Shown in pieces: positions 51,132-60,412 of a stretch of DNA of 64,000 bases. The notes under the pieces were generated by a model. It saw only the letters and a list, made by a program, of their open reading frames with translations. It was not told the origin of the DNA and did no database searches. Where the stretch lies: assembly GCA_965208125.1 (NCBI GenBank), contig OZ242320.1, forward strand, positions 5,184,001 through 5,248,000, read 5' to 3'. The DNA is from Candidatus Latescibacterota bacterium (GTDB taxonomy: Bacteria; Latescibacterota; UBA2968). Each line of letters begins with the position of its first letter. The first letter of the stretch is position 1. The translations under genes were made by a program, and so were the position numbers.

Positions 51132-52751
51132 GTGAGAAATATACACTTGCTACTCAGATTACTCACCTGCATCCCCATATTTTTTTTTCTCGCCAGTCCA
51201 GTGATAGGCGAAGATGCCTCGCCCGATATCCCACTGCACCATCCCGTGTATCCCCTTTTAGATCGCCTGAATGCGCGAGGTTGGATTGCCGTGCCCGATA
51301 CACGGCCCTTGACCCGGATACAAGTTGCACAGATACTCTCCGCCGTATCAAATCAATCGATGTCGCCAACCGAGGGCGGCCTCGTCAATCGATACATCGC
51401 AGAATTGGAAAATCGCGCGGCTTTTGCACGCGAACCCCGGTGGGTCTGGCGCGACTCTACGGCATCCGTCATTCTCGAACCACTGGTGAGACAACAGGTG
51501 ATTGCGCGCAGGGGCGATGGATTTGTGAACGAAACCGCGTCGCAAACCTATATTGGCGGTTCTGTGCGCGGGCGATTCCACACATTGGGATTTTATGCCC
51601 GCCACTTTGAGGCCCGCGAATGGAGCAACCAACCGCGTCTTCGCCGAGAAGATGTGCTGGCCCACCCCATTGAAGACGTGCAACTCAAGGGCAAAAAGGC
51701 GGACTTCCGCGAAAGCGCGTTTCAACTGGCCTGGGCAAATTCATGGATGCGTATAGATGCGGGCAAGGGAAGCCTGAATTGGGGACCTGGGCGCACGGGA
51801 AATTTATTGCTCTCCAACAACGCACCATCTTATGGCCTGTTTCGGTTGCAGGCATCACACGGGCGATTGCGCTATACTCACATCGCTTCATCGCTGCGCG
51901 CACGCCCGGGCTTAATCGACACAACGCGACGGTGGATAGATAACGGGCATGTGCGCATCTTTTTACGGCAAAAACGACTGGCCGCGCACCGACTGGAGAT
52001 TGCATTCTCAAAGGTGCGAATTGGGTTGCATGAAGCCGTGGTATATGGTGACCGAGGATTTGAACTGCTCTACGTTCTGCCGGTGGCCGTATTTGCCGGA
52101 ACGCAAAACCACCTGGGAAATCGCGACAATCTCGTAATTGGAGCCGATATATCGGTTCGCATACGGACGGGACTGACGCTTTATGGCGCATGGTTTTTCG
52201 ACGATATGGTCAAATTTGATCCCGATGCATTTTCAAACCAATTCGCCTTTCAAGTGGGCGCGTTCTGGGTTGATCCTATGGGCTTGCGAGATACTGATGT
52301 GCGCGCCGAATACGTGCGCGTGGAGCCTTATGTGTACGCGCACAATTTTGACATCAATACGTATGAACACTACGACACCCTGTTGGGCTATCCAACCGGG
52401 CCAAATGCAGACCGCTATTTTGCACAAGTGACACACCGTTTTTCTCCGAGCCTGAATGCGTCTTTAACTTTTGAAAGAGAGCGGCAAGGGGAAAACCCAG
52501 TAAACCCAGATGGAACAGTTGTCAATGTGGGAGGCAACGCACAACTGGGGCGTCGGTTACAGGATGCACCCACGCGAGACTTTATGTCGGGCGATGTGGA
52601 GACACACAAAAAAATAGGTGGCCGCGTGGTATTTACACCCGTGAGAAATTGGACTTTACAGGTACAATATCAACGCCATCGCATTATAACGCAGCAAAAT
52701 AGGGCAACGGGACATGAATGGACAGCGACAATGGATGTGAACTTCTATTAA
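51132..52751 (+). CDS. Capsule assembly Wzi-like outer-membrane protein
   Basis: Signal peptide; WGPG..GNLLLSNNAP, AAHRLE, LHEAVVYG, LGYPTGPNAD; terminal aromatic residue; start uncertain (51117 or 51132). Confidence 0.75.
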   Translation: MRNIHLLLRLLTCIPIFFFLASPVIGEDASPDIPLHHPVYPLLDRLNARGWIAVPDTRPLTRIQVAQILSAVSNQSMSPTEGGLVNRYIAELENRAAFAREPRWVWRDSTASVILEPLVRQQVIARRGDGFVNETASQTYIGGSVRGRFHTLGFYARHFEAREWSNQPRLRREDVLAHPIEDVQLKGKKADFRESAFQLAWANSWMRIDAGKGSLNWGPGRTGNLLLSNNAPSYGLFRLQASHGRLRYTHIASSLRARPGLIDTTRRWIDNGHVRIFLRQKRLAAHRLEIAFSKVRIGLHEAVVYGDRGFELLYVLPVAVFAGTQNHLGNRDNLVIGADISVRIRTGLTLYGAWFFDDMVKFDPDAFSNQFAFQVGAFWVDPMGLRDTDVRAEYVRVEPYVYAHNFDINTYEHYDTLLGYPTGPNADRYFAQVTHRFSPSLNASLTFERERQGENPVNPDGTVVNVGGNAQLGRRLQDAPTRDFMSGDVETHKKIGGRVVFTPVRNWTLQVQYQRHRIITQQNRATGHEWTATMDVNFY

Positions 52752-52755
52752 AACA

Positions 52756-52842
52756 AGCGATCAGCAGTCAGCAAAACCAAAAACGCAGGCTTTTGGGCGG
52801 TTGAGTGGTGTGCTGATAGCTGAAAGCTGATGGCTGAAAGCT
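52756..52842 (+). repeat. Heptamer-armed palindromic element, copy 2
   Basis: (AGCNNTC)2AGC ... (GCTGANN)4; shares 17-bp and 23-bp identical blocks with the reverse complement of 49314-49401. Confidence 0.75.
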
Positions 52843-52855
52843 ACAGGAAAGAAAG

Positions 52856-54022
52856 ATGAATCACCGCCAGTACCTGTGGGGCCTGCTCGCGTTCGCATTA
52901 TTATTGCGCGTAGGCTTTGGGTTGACGCAATCCGATTTGACCAATGCATCTGATGAGGTACATTGGGATCGCCTGGGGCAGGCTTATGTCACGCTGGGCA
53001 TTTTGCATCCCGATACCGGAATTTATCGCCCCCCATTATACGGCTTATTTCTGGCAGGTATGTATCGTACATTTGGTCACAACCTCTTCCCGGTGCGGAT
53101 TGTCCAGGCCATCATGGGCACAATCACATGCTATCTCATCTATATTCTGGGCTGTAAAATGGGTGAGGTATTGGTCGGTCTGGTCGCTGCGGGCTTATTC
53201 GCTATTTATCCGTTATTTGTATTTTTTTCGGGCGTGTTGATGGCCGAAACCCTCCTGATTTTGTTGACGACTATTGGCTTTGTGTCTTGTATTCAATTTT
53301 GGCAAAAGAGCACCGTCACTATGGCGATGATATTTGGCGGGATTGTGGGGCTGTCCGCACTTTGCAAGCCCGTTTTATTGCCCTGGTTGCCACCTCTCCT
53401 CTTTTTCTGGTGGCGAAAATCGCGCCTGACACCTGCACAAAAAGCATCGCGCGTACTAACCGTAATCGGTGCACTCTGTCTGATTATTTTGCCGTGGACA
53501 GCACGCAATCATATCATCTCGGGCGAATTTGTTCCCATCTCGGCCAATTTGGGAATCAACTTACTGGTGGGGGCACACCCCGAGGGACGCGGCATTTACG
53601 ACAATCACATCGATTATCTGACACTTTATCACACACTGTCCGACACATCTCAGGGTGCAGCGGCCGACCGCCGCGTCGCGGGCATTGTGATAGAGTGGAT
53701 AATCGCGCAACCACTGCACTATCTGAGTTTGAGCATTGATAAACTGCTCTATTTTTGGTGCCCCTGGGTTCCGGGAGAGCCGCCATTATACAACGCGATT
53801 GCCCTGCTTTCCTGTACTCCACTCCTGATACTGGGCCTTGTCGGCACATTTAGCCAACGCTACAGACCCGAAGGTCTGGCACTTATTCTACTGATAATTT
53901 GCATGTCACTATTGCACATGGTATTCTTTGTCCATACGCGTTTTCGGCTACCCATTGATGCTGTTTTGTGCGCGCCGGCTGCGTGGATATGCATACAGTG
54001 GATTAATCGGACGGAACGGTAA
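52856..54022 (+). CDS. GT-C fold glycosyltransferase (GT39/ArnT/PMT_2-like)
   Basis: SDE loop, YRPPLY, AETL, PWTARN, RFRLP; many TM helices. Confidence 0.8.
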   Translation: MNHRQYLWGLLAFALLLRVGFGLTQSDLTNASDEVHWDRLGQAYVTLGILHPDTGIYRPPLYGLFLAGMYRTFGHNLFPVRIVQAIMGTITCYLIYILGCKMGEVLVGLVAAGLFAIYPLFVFFSGVLMAETLLILLTTIGFVSCIQFWQKSTVTMAMIFGGIVGLSALCKPVLLPWLPPLLFFWWRKSRLTPAQKASRVLTVIGALCLIILPWTARNHIISGEFVPISANLGINLLVGAHPEGRGIYDNHIDYLTLYHTLSDTSQGAAADRRVAGIVIEWIIAQPLHYLSLSIDKLLYFWCPWVPGEPPLYNAIALLSCTPLLILGLVGTFSQRYRPEGLALILLIICMSLLHMVFFVHTRFRLPIDAVLCAPAAWICIQWINRTER

Positions 54023-54028
54023 TTGTAA

Positions 54029-55267
54029 ATGCGCGCAGCAATGCACACACGCGGAAATCGAGTTTTGCTGTATATCGTTATCTGTGGCGTTCTATTATTG
54101 TCTCTATGGGTTGCTATTTTTGGGTTTCCATCATTCAGGCAATTTTGGAATATGCCACAAACGCCCCTCATCTTTGCCGACTCACACACCATTATAACCA
54201 GTGCAGATTCGCATGCTTTGGGCTACGACCCGATGTTTGAAAATATCGCAGACCCTTATGGCAGAGAGATGAACTATCCAAGAATCTGGCAATGCCTGTT
54301 TTGGCTGCCAATCAACAGCGATCACCTGGTACTTTTGGCTGGAACTTTTATCCTGCTGTTTTTTGTCGGTATTTTTTTATTTTTAAAAACAATTGATACC
54401 CAAACAACTCTGTTTTTGGGCGCTGTGACGTTTTCACCTTCAGCGATTTTCGGGCTGCAATCAGGCAACAACGATCTCGTTATCTTTTTTTTTGTCGCAC
54501 TGGCATTGAGGTTGGGGTATCGCTCGAAACTTTGGGGATCAATCGCGATGTTCTTCGCAGCTATTCTGAAGGTATTTCCAATTTTTGGATTGGCGCAGCT
54601 TTTGACAGAAGATAAACGCGACTTCTGGCGACTTTTGATACCACTTACCGCACTATTTCTGATCTACTGCTGGATATCGCTCGATGATTTTCGGCAAATT
54701 TACAGTGTAACACCTCGGGGACGCAGTGGTGCTTATGGCGTGTATGTTCTGCCCATGATGATTGAGAAAACCCTGAAAAAGTGGACAATTTTTCCCGACT
54801 TGCGCACATGGATAATTGCGGCAGCACCGATATTTTTTTACGGCATTGCCGGTTTGATCTTTATGATTTCGCTTTACGCGCTGGTTAACAAAAACACCTC
54901 GTCTCGACCGGTTGCGGGGGTACATATCAGTCCATTTCGAGTAGGAGCGTGTATTTACATCGGCAGCTTTTTGCTCGCCAGTAACTGGAATTATCGGATG
55001 ATCTTTCTCATTTTTACCATTCCCCAACTCTTTGCATGGTTGTCCATTGCAGATATCCGGCTTTCGCGCATTCTTCGGATCACCCTGATCGGTATTTTGT
55101 TTTCCTGCTGGTCAATGTTTATACAGGGTATTTTGGGATCGTACATTTTTATACTGGACGAGATTGCTAATTGGGTCGTTTTTGCTGGACTCATATACCT
55201 ATTTCTCGCATCCCTGCCCAACTGGCTGTTCGATGCTCTGCTATATCTCGTTCCTATTCGACGATAA
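54029..55267 (+). CDS. Polytopic membrane protein, GT87/DUF2029-like GT-C glycosyltransferase
   Basis: FAD...GYDP, MNYP, SGNND, LKVFP, NWNYR. Confidence 0.6.
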   Translation: MRAAMHTRGNRVLLYIVICGVLLLSLWVAIFGFPSFRQFWNMPQTPLIFADSHTIITSADSHALGYDPMFENIADPYGREMNYPRIWQCLFWLPINSDHLVLLAGTFILLFFVGIFLFLKTIDTQTTLFLGAVTFSPSAIFGLQSGNNDLVIFFFVALALRLGYRSKLWGSIAMFFAAILKVFPIFGLAQLLTEDKRDFWRLLIPLTALFLIYCWISLDDFRQIYSVTPRGRSGAYGVYVLPMMIEKTLKKWTIFPDLRTWIIAAAPIFFYGIAGLIFMISLYALVNKNTSSRPVAGVHISPFRVGACIYIGSFLLASNWNYRMIFLIFTIPQLFAWLSIADIRLSRILRITLIGILFSCWSMFIQGILGSYIFILDEIANWVVFAGLIYLFLASLPNWLFDALLYLVPIRR

Positions 55268-55310
55268 TTGAGACGCGAATAAAGCAATCCATTGGAAATT
55301 TTTTTATTTT

Positions 55311-56705
55311 ATGACGCTTCGAACAGATTTTTTTAACCCTGCAAAACCTCACCTGTTGGTTCTCATGTGTTTGGGGCAGGTCCTGTTAATTGCACTGCCG
55401 TTTTTGATAAATGACGCGCTTGCAGTGATTCTTGTATTGAGCTTATTGTCAGCAATTGCGCTTTTTGGATCTCTCACACTGTCAGTACTCTATTTGTGTT
55501 TCACCGCTGCGGTTGTGCCTTCCTGGTTCTATGAATACTATCTGATTTTGCCTCTGGACTTCAAATTCTATGAAGGACTTCTCGTCGTGGTAATGGGCAT
55601 TGCCTATCTCAACTATTTGTTGGAAGGCCGATGGAATTGGCGACAGCATACGTTTTTGGATCGACCAATGTGCGTATTGCTGGGACTGGTCGTACTTTCC
55701 TGCTTGTTGGGATTGATATACGGACAATCGATCTCGCAAATGTTGCGCGACGTGCGCTATCCATTGTACTACACACTGTTTTTTGTGGTAACATGGTTTT
55801 TTGATGTGCGGAGGTTCTCCACATTCCTGCATTTGTTTTTGCTCATCGCCGCAATTGTCGGCATCGAGTATTTGTTTGAATTCCTTTTGCAGGTCGATAC
55901 GGACATTGCGGGCGGTTTTGTTCGGGTCGCACGACTTGAAGGCATTGTGTTGCCAATGGGTATGCTCATTATCGCCGCCATTTTGTTATTTGAAACGCGG
56001 GCGTACAGGCGCGCCTGGGCGTGGAGCGCGATATTGCCCATCGGGTTGGCTCTGGTTTTGACAATGGGACGGGGCATGTGGATTTCGCTATTCGTCGGAC
56101 TGGGCAGTCTGGCCGCATTGACCATCCTGGATAAGCAGGCTGCGACGCGAAGCCTGTCGCGTCTTTTTGTCGTGGCACTGGTCCCCTTGCTGCTGCTGGT
56201 GATGGGTTATGTTTTTCAGCAACAAACCCGTGCTGCCGTAAGTGATATCGCACTGGATCGCGTGACGCGCAGCGTCGAAGCCGTAAGTGGACGGTTGATA
56301 TCTTATGGCAACGCACTGGAAAAAATTCGTCAACGTCCTTTGCTCGGAGGCGGACACGGTGAAACTGTAACGTCTTTGGTGACATTTCCACCACCGCCAC
56401 AGATATTGACTGTAGGCGCAGTTGACAATGTTTATTTAACTATTGGTATGCGGATGGGACTGGTCGGTGTCGCGGTGTTTTTGTGGGTCTTTGGTTTTGC
56501 CCTCTGGCGTGCGTATCTATTATTCCAGCGAAGTTCTGATACCCGCGTGCGTCTGTTTTGCGCGTCATTTATCGCCATTTACGCAGCACTCCTCGTCTAT
56601 GGCATGGCAGATGCAACCCTCTTTGCCAATCGGTTGATCTTTATCCATGCGACATTTTTGGGACTTATTGCGCGGCTGGTAGCAGAGGAAAAAAATAATG
56701 TCTGA
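55311..56705 (+). CDS. O-antigen ligase/Wzy_C family protein
   Basis: LTMGRGMW, SGRL, RPLLGGGHG, DNVYL...GLVG; many TM helices. Confidence 0.8.
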   Translation: MTLRTDFFNPAKPHLLVLMCLGQVLLIALPFLINDALAVILVLSLLSAIALFGSLTLSVLYLCFTAAVVPSWFYEYYLILPLDFKFYEGLLVVVMGIAYLNYLLEGRWNWRQHTFLDRPMCVLLGLVVLSCLLGLIYGQSISQMLRDVRYPLYYTLFFVVTWFFDVRRFSTFLHLFLLIAAIVGIEYLFEFLLQVDTDIAGGFVRVARLEGIVLPMGMLIIAAILLFETRAYRRAWAWSAILPIGLALVLTMGRGMWISLFVGLGSLAALTILDKQAATRSLSRLFVVALVPLLLLVMGYVFQQQTRAAVSDIALDRVTRSVEAVSGRLISYGNALEKIRQRPLLGGGHGETVTSLVTFPPPPQILTVGAVDNVYLTIGMRMGLVGVAVFLWVFGFALWRAYLLFQRSSDTRVRLFCASFIAIYAALLVYGMADATLFANRLIFIHATFLGLIARLVAEEKNNV

Positions 56706-57645
56706 ATGTGTGACAGCAATAGTGGTCAACTGGAATGCCGGAGAAAATCTGGCGCAGTGCATTGCCGCATTACTCGATCAGCGTGGAACGGATCTCGATG
56801 TGGTCGTAGTCGATAACGCATCGTCGGACAATAGCCTGGAGGCACTGGAAATTTATGGCGACCGCGTGCGCGTGATTCAAACCGGTGCAAATCTGGGCTT
56901 CGGGAGCGCAGTGAATCGCGGTGTGGCTGTCTCGCACACCGCGATTGTCATAGCCATGAATCCCGATGTCGTATTGCAACCAGACGCAGTGAATACGATG
57001 GTCGAATTTTTGAACACACACGCCAATGTGGGCATGATAGGTCCGAAACTTAAAGACGCGGATGGACAGGTACTCGCATCGTGCGGTGAAGCGCCCAGAC
57101 TCAGAGATGAAATCTGTCGTAAATTCCTATTGCATCTAATATTTCCATTGCTTAAATTTCGGCGGCGAAGGCCCACCAAACCCGAAGCCGTAGCCTGGGT
57201 AACCGGGGCGTGTTTCGCGGTTCGTCGCCGCGTGCTGGATGCTGTCAACGGGTTGGACGAGGCCATTTTTATGTATTACGAAGATGTAGATCTCGGCCTG
57301 TGCATCAACCGCGCTGGCTGGCAGGTCATGTATTTGCCCCACGCCGAAGGCATACACATTGGAGGCGAAAGTTCCAAACAGGCATTGACGCGGATGCTCG
57401 TGGTCAGCGAAGCGTCTTATGCCTATTTTATTGCCAAACATCTGGGGCAATGGGCCGAGCGCTTGCTCAGGCTCCTCCGCCCCATCGAAATGACATTGCG
57501 CACATTGCTCTGGGGAAGTGTGTTTTTACTCGCCCACAGCCGTCGCACAGAGGCGCGAGCGCGTTTGCGGGCTTACTGGTTTATACTGACTAAAAGCATG
57601 TCAGCACATGCCTTAACTCACGGTGTTGTGGAGGAAGGTCCATGA
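56698..57645 (+). CDS. GT2 glycosyltransferase (WbbL/rhamnosyltransferase-like)
   Basis: VVNWN, VVDNASSD, NLGFG..VN, NPD, WVTGAC, FMYYEDVD. Confidence 0.88.
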   Translation: MSECVTAIVVNWNAGENLAQCIAALLDQRGTDLDVVVVDNASSDNSLEALEIYGDRVRVIQTGANLGFGSAVNRGVAVSHTAIVIAMNPDVVLQPDAVNTMVEFLNTHANVGMIGPKLKDADGQVLASCGEAPRLRDEICRKFLLHLIFPLLKFRRRRPTKPEAVAWVTGACFAVRRRVLDAVNGLDEAIFMYYEDVDLGLCINRAGWQVMYLPHAEGIHIGGESSKQALTRMLVVSEASYAYFIAKHLGQWAERLLRLLRPIEMTLRTLLWGSVFLLAHSRRTEARARLRAYWFILTKSMSAHALTHGVVEEGP

Positions 57646-58748
57646 TTCCCATTTTTCGTCCATGGTTTGACGACGCAGAAGTCGAAGCTGTCCGCGAGGT
57701 ATTGATGTCTGGTTGGGTCGGTCCCGGGGAAAAAGTCGAAGAACTCGAAGCGCGATTTGCCCATTATGTGGGGGCACAACACGCCGTATCTGTCAACTCG
57801 TGCTCTGCAGCCCTTCTGCTGGCTTTGAAGATACTGGACATAGAGGGAGGCGAAGTCATTACCACACCACTGACCTTTGTATCGACCAACCACGCAATAT
57901 TGCAAAATGGAGCCACACCGGTGTTTTGCGACATAGATCCCGAAACACTCAATATCGATCCAAAAGCAATTGCCGCTAAAATCACGCCGCGCACCCGAGC
58001 GATTATGGTCGTACATTTTGCCGGTCATCCCTGCGACATGGATGAGATTCTATCCATCGCAAATGGGATCCCAGTCGTAGAAGACGCCGCACACGCCAGC
58101 GGCGCGCGTTACAAAGATCGGATGATTGGTGGGGTAGGCACAGTGACGTGTTTTAGTTTTGACGCGCGCAAAAATTTGTCAACATGCGATGGGGGGATGT
58201 TGACCACCAATAATTCGGACCTCGCCGAACGCGCGCGAAAATTGCGCTGGATGGGAATCTCGCGCGGAACTTATGATCGTTTTCGAAAAAATGGCGCAGA
58301 GCACCGATGGGAATACGAAGTGGGCGAACTCGGCTATAAATGCTATATGAATGATCTCAATGCGGCAATTGGTCTGGTGCAATTGGGCAAATTGGAGTCA
58401 GCCAATGCACAACGCCGGGAGATTTTTTTGCAGTACGGACGTGCATTTTCCGCCCTCGACTGGATGCAAACACCTGTAGAAAAAACCCAGGTTCGCAGCG
58501 CAATGCACGCTTATGTGGCGCGCGTACCCCAGCGCGATGAATTGATAGATCATCTGGGGCAACACAACATCGATGCGGGCGTACACTACAAACCCTGCCA
58601 TTTATTTGAAGTGTACAAACCCTATCGCACGGACTTGCCCGTCACTGATGCCGTGTGGCGCAATCTGGTCACGCTACCCCTATTCCCAAGCATGACCAAA
58701 AGCGAAATTGGACAAGTCATCGCAGCAGTAAAGAAGTTTGAAGTTTGA
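57642..58748 (+). CDS. DegT/DnrJ/EryC1/StrS sugar aminotransferase
   Basis: VNSCSAAL, VVEDAAH, FSFDARKNL..DGG, LPLFP. Confidence 0.92.
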   Translation: MIPIFRPWFDDAEVEAVREVLMSGWVGPGEKVEELEARFAHYVGAQHAVSVNSCSAALLLALKILDIEGGEVITTPLTFVSTNHAILQNGATPVFCDIDPETLNIDPKAIAAKITPRTRAIMVVHFAGHPCDMDEILSIANGIPVVEDAAHASGARYKDRMIGGVGTVTCFSFDARKNLSTCDGGMLTTNNSDLAERARKLRWMGISRGTYDRFRKNGAEHRWEYEVGELGYKCYMNDLNAAIGLVQLGKLESANAQRREIFLQYGRAFSALDWMQTPVEKTQVRSAMHAYVARVPQRDELIDHLGQHNIDAGVHYKPCHLFEVYKPYRTDLPVTDAVWRNLVTLPLFPSMTKSEIGQVIAAVKKFEV

Positions 58749-58815
58749 AATCCACCCTACACCGCCCCAAGACCGTTGCTTCACCTCACCCTTCACACTT
58801 CCTACTTCACACTTC
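58733..58815. repeat. Heptamer-armed palindromic element (GAAGTTT)n ... (CTTCACA)n
   Basis: Directly visible; overlaps the aminotransferase stop and abuts the next start codon. Confidence 0.6.
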
Positions 58816-58816
58816 T

Positions 58817-60412
58817 ATGACGCCTGTTATTTTATTCGGTATTACTGCGGTTTTAGCGGCTTTATTCACGGCGGTTGCGCGTATCATTGCACGCCGTTTT
58901 GCTGCGCCCAACGCGCCTGTTTCAACTCTGGGCGGTACAGCTTTGCTGGCCGCTCTTTTTTGTGGCTTTTGGTTTTTGCCCCAATCGCTCCCTTTGGGCC
59001 TCGTCATCGGTGCTGTGGGAATGGCACTCATCGGCCTTTTAGACGATTGGAACCCCTTTGCACCGCTACACAAATTTGCGTTGACCCTCGCAGTTGCAGG
59101 CATTGCCGCCTGGCTTGGCCCGCGTATCCATCTCACAGATATTATCTGGATAGACGCCATACTGACTGCGTTGTGGATGGTCTGGATGTGCCATGCGTTC
59201 AATGTTCTGGACATGGAAGACGGTCTTTCCGCGGGTAGTGGAACCATTGCCTCGCTGAGTTTGTGGCTGATAAATGCTGGCGATTGGGCACTCGTAACAG
59301 CAGGCGCACTCACGGGGTATTTACTACACAATTTTCATCCCGCCCGCATCCTGATGGGTGACACCGGAAGCCTGTTAATTGGCTTTTTGCTCAGTAGTAT
59401 GGCTATTTCTGTCGCAAATCAAATTGGGGGTTTCATGGGCGTTATCGGACCTTTGATCGCCCTGGGCCTGCCCATCTTTGAAGCAGTATTTATCAGTTCA
59501 ATCCGATTTGCCAAAGGCCGCTCTATTGTCCGACCCAGCCGTGACCACGTTGCACAGCGATTGATACAATGGGGACGACCAGTGCGTGCAGCAGTCGCTC
59601 TGATGTGGTTGGCAGGTATTGTTTTGGGTGGTCTGGCTCTCGTGTTCTCCTGGGGGCACTGGATCAGTTTGGTTGGTGTTGCGTGTCTCGCCATTGGTGC
59701 ATGGAGGGGATTGTCGCGCGTGGATATGGAAGGCGATGGATGTGATGGACGCCCGGTTGGCCTATTTGGCAAAAACTGGTTGATTCACCGCACAATGCGC
59801 CAGATAATGGACGAAGTAAAGGAGATGGTAAGTGGGAAATTGCTGGATGTGGGGTGTGGCAATAAACCCTATGCCGGCATTTTTGAGACGCGCGTGCAAC
59901 AATATATCGGCCTGGAAAAAGGGCGCGAGCGGTATGAACGCGCCGACGTGTGGGGCGATGTGTTGGCCCTCCCCATCCGCGACCAAACCTGCGATACCGT
60001 GTTGTGCAATCAGGTCCTGGAACATGTGCCGCAACCCCAATTGGCGATTGACGAAATGGCGCGCGTCTTGCGACCAAATGGCTACTTGATTCTCACCGCA
60101 CCCCATATTTGGGGCTTGCACGAAGTCCCCTACGATTATTTCCGCTTTACGCCTTATGGCTTGCGCTATCTCGCTGAAAAATCAGGGCTAACCGTCCACA
60201 CAACGCGCGCGCTCGCGGGATTTTGGATCACCGCCGGGACGCGATTCTGTTATTATCTGGCGCGTTTTGAACGCGGCCCTCTAATCCCCTTTGTGCGCGT
60301 TGGATTTTTTGTCGTCCAACTCGGTGCTTTATTTTTAGATCGCTTGCACCGCGTGGAAAGCGAGGCGTGGAATTTTCTACTCATCGCACAAAAGGATTTA
60401 TCCCATGAGTGA
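58817..60412 (+). CDS. Fusion: MraY/WecA-like polyprenyl-phosphate sugar-1-P transferase plus class I SAM methyltransferase
   Basis: GLLDD, FNVLDMEDGL, NFHPARILMGDTGS, then LLDVGCG, NQVLEHV, RVLRPNG, HEVPYDYFRFT in one frame. Confidence 0.85.
   Translation: MTPVILFGITAVLAALFTAVARIIARRFAAPNAPVSTLGGTALLAALFCGFWFLPQSLPLGLVIGAVGMALIGLLDDWNPFAPLHKFALTLAVAGIAAWLGPRIHLTDIIWIDAILTALWMVWMCHAFNVLDMEDGLSAGSGTIASLSLWLINAGDWALVTAGALTGYLLHNFHPARILMGDTGSLLIGFLLSSMAISVANQIGGFMGVIGPLIALGLPIFEAVFISSIRFAKGRSIVRPSRDHVAQRLIQWGRPVRAAVALMWLAGIVLGGLALVFSWGHWISLVGVACLAIGAWRGLSRVDMEGDGCDGRPVGLFGKNWLIHRTMRQIMDEVKEMVSGKLLDVGCGNKPYAGIFETRVQQYIGLEKGRERYERADVWGDVLALPIRDQTCDTVLCNQVLEHVPQPQLAIDEMARVLRPNGYLILTAPHIWGLHEVPYDYFRFTPYGLRYLAEKSGLTVHTTRALAGFWITAGTRFCYYLARFERGPLIPFVRVGFFVVQLGALFLDRLHRVESEAWNFLLIAQKDLSHE

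Noticed and set aside
50978-51178. Long N-terminal extension of PduL in the ORF track
   Set aside because: It spans the divergent promoter region and overlaps the wzi-like start; the real start is probably 50977 or 50968.
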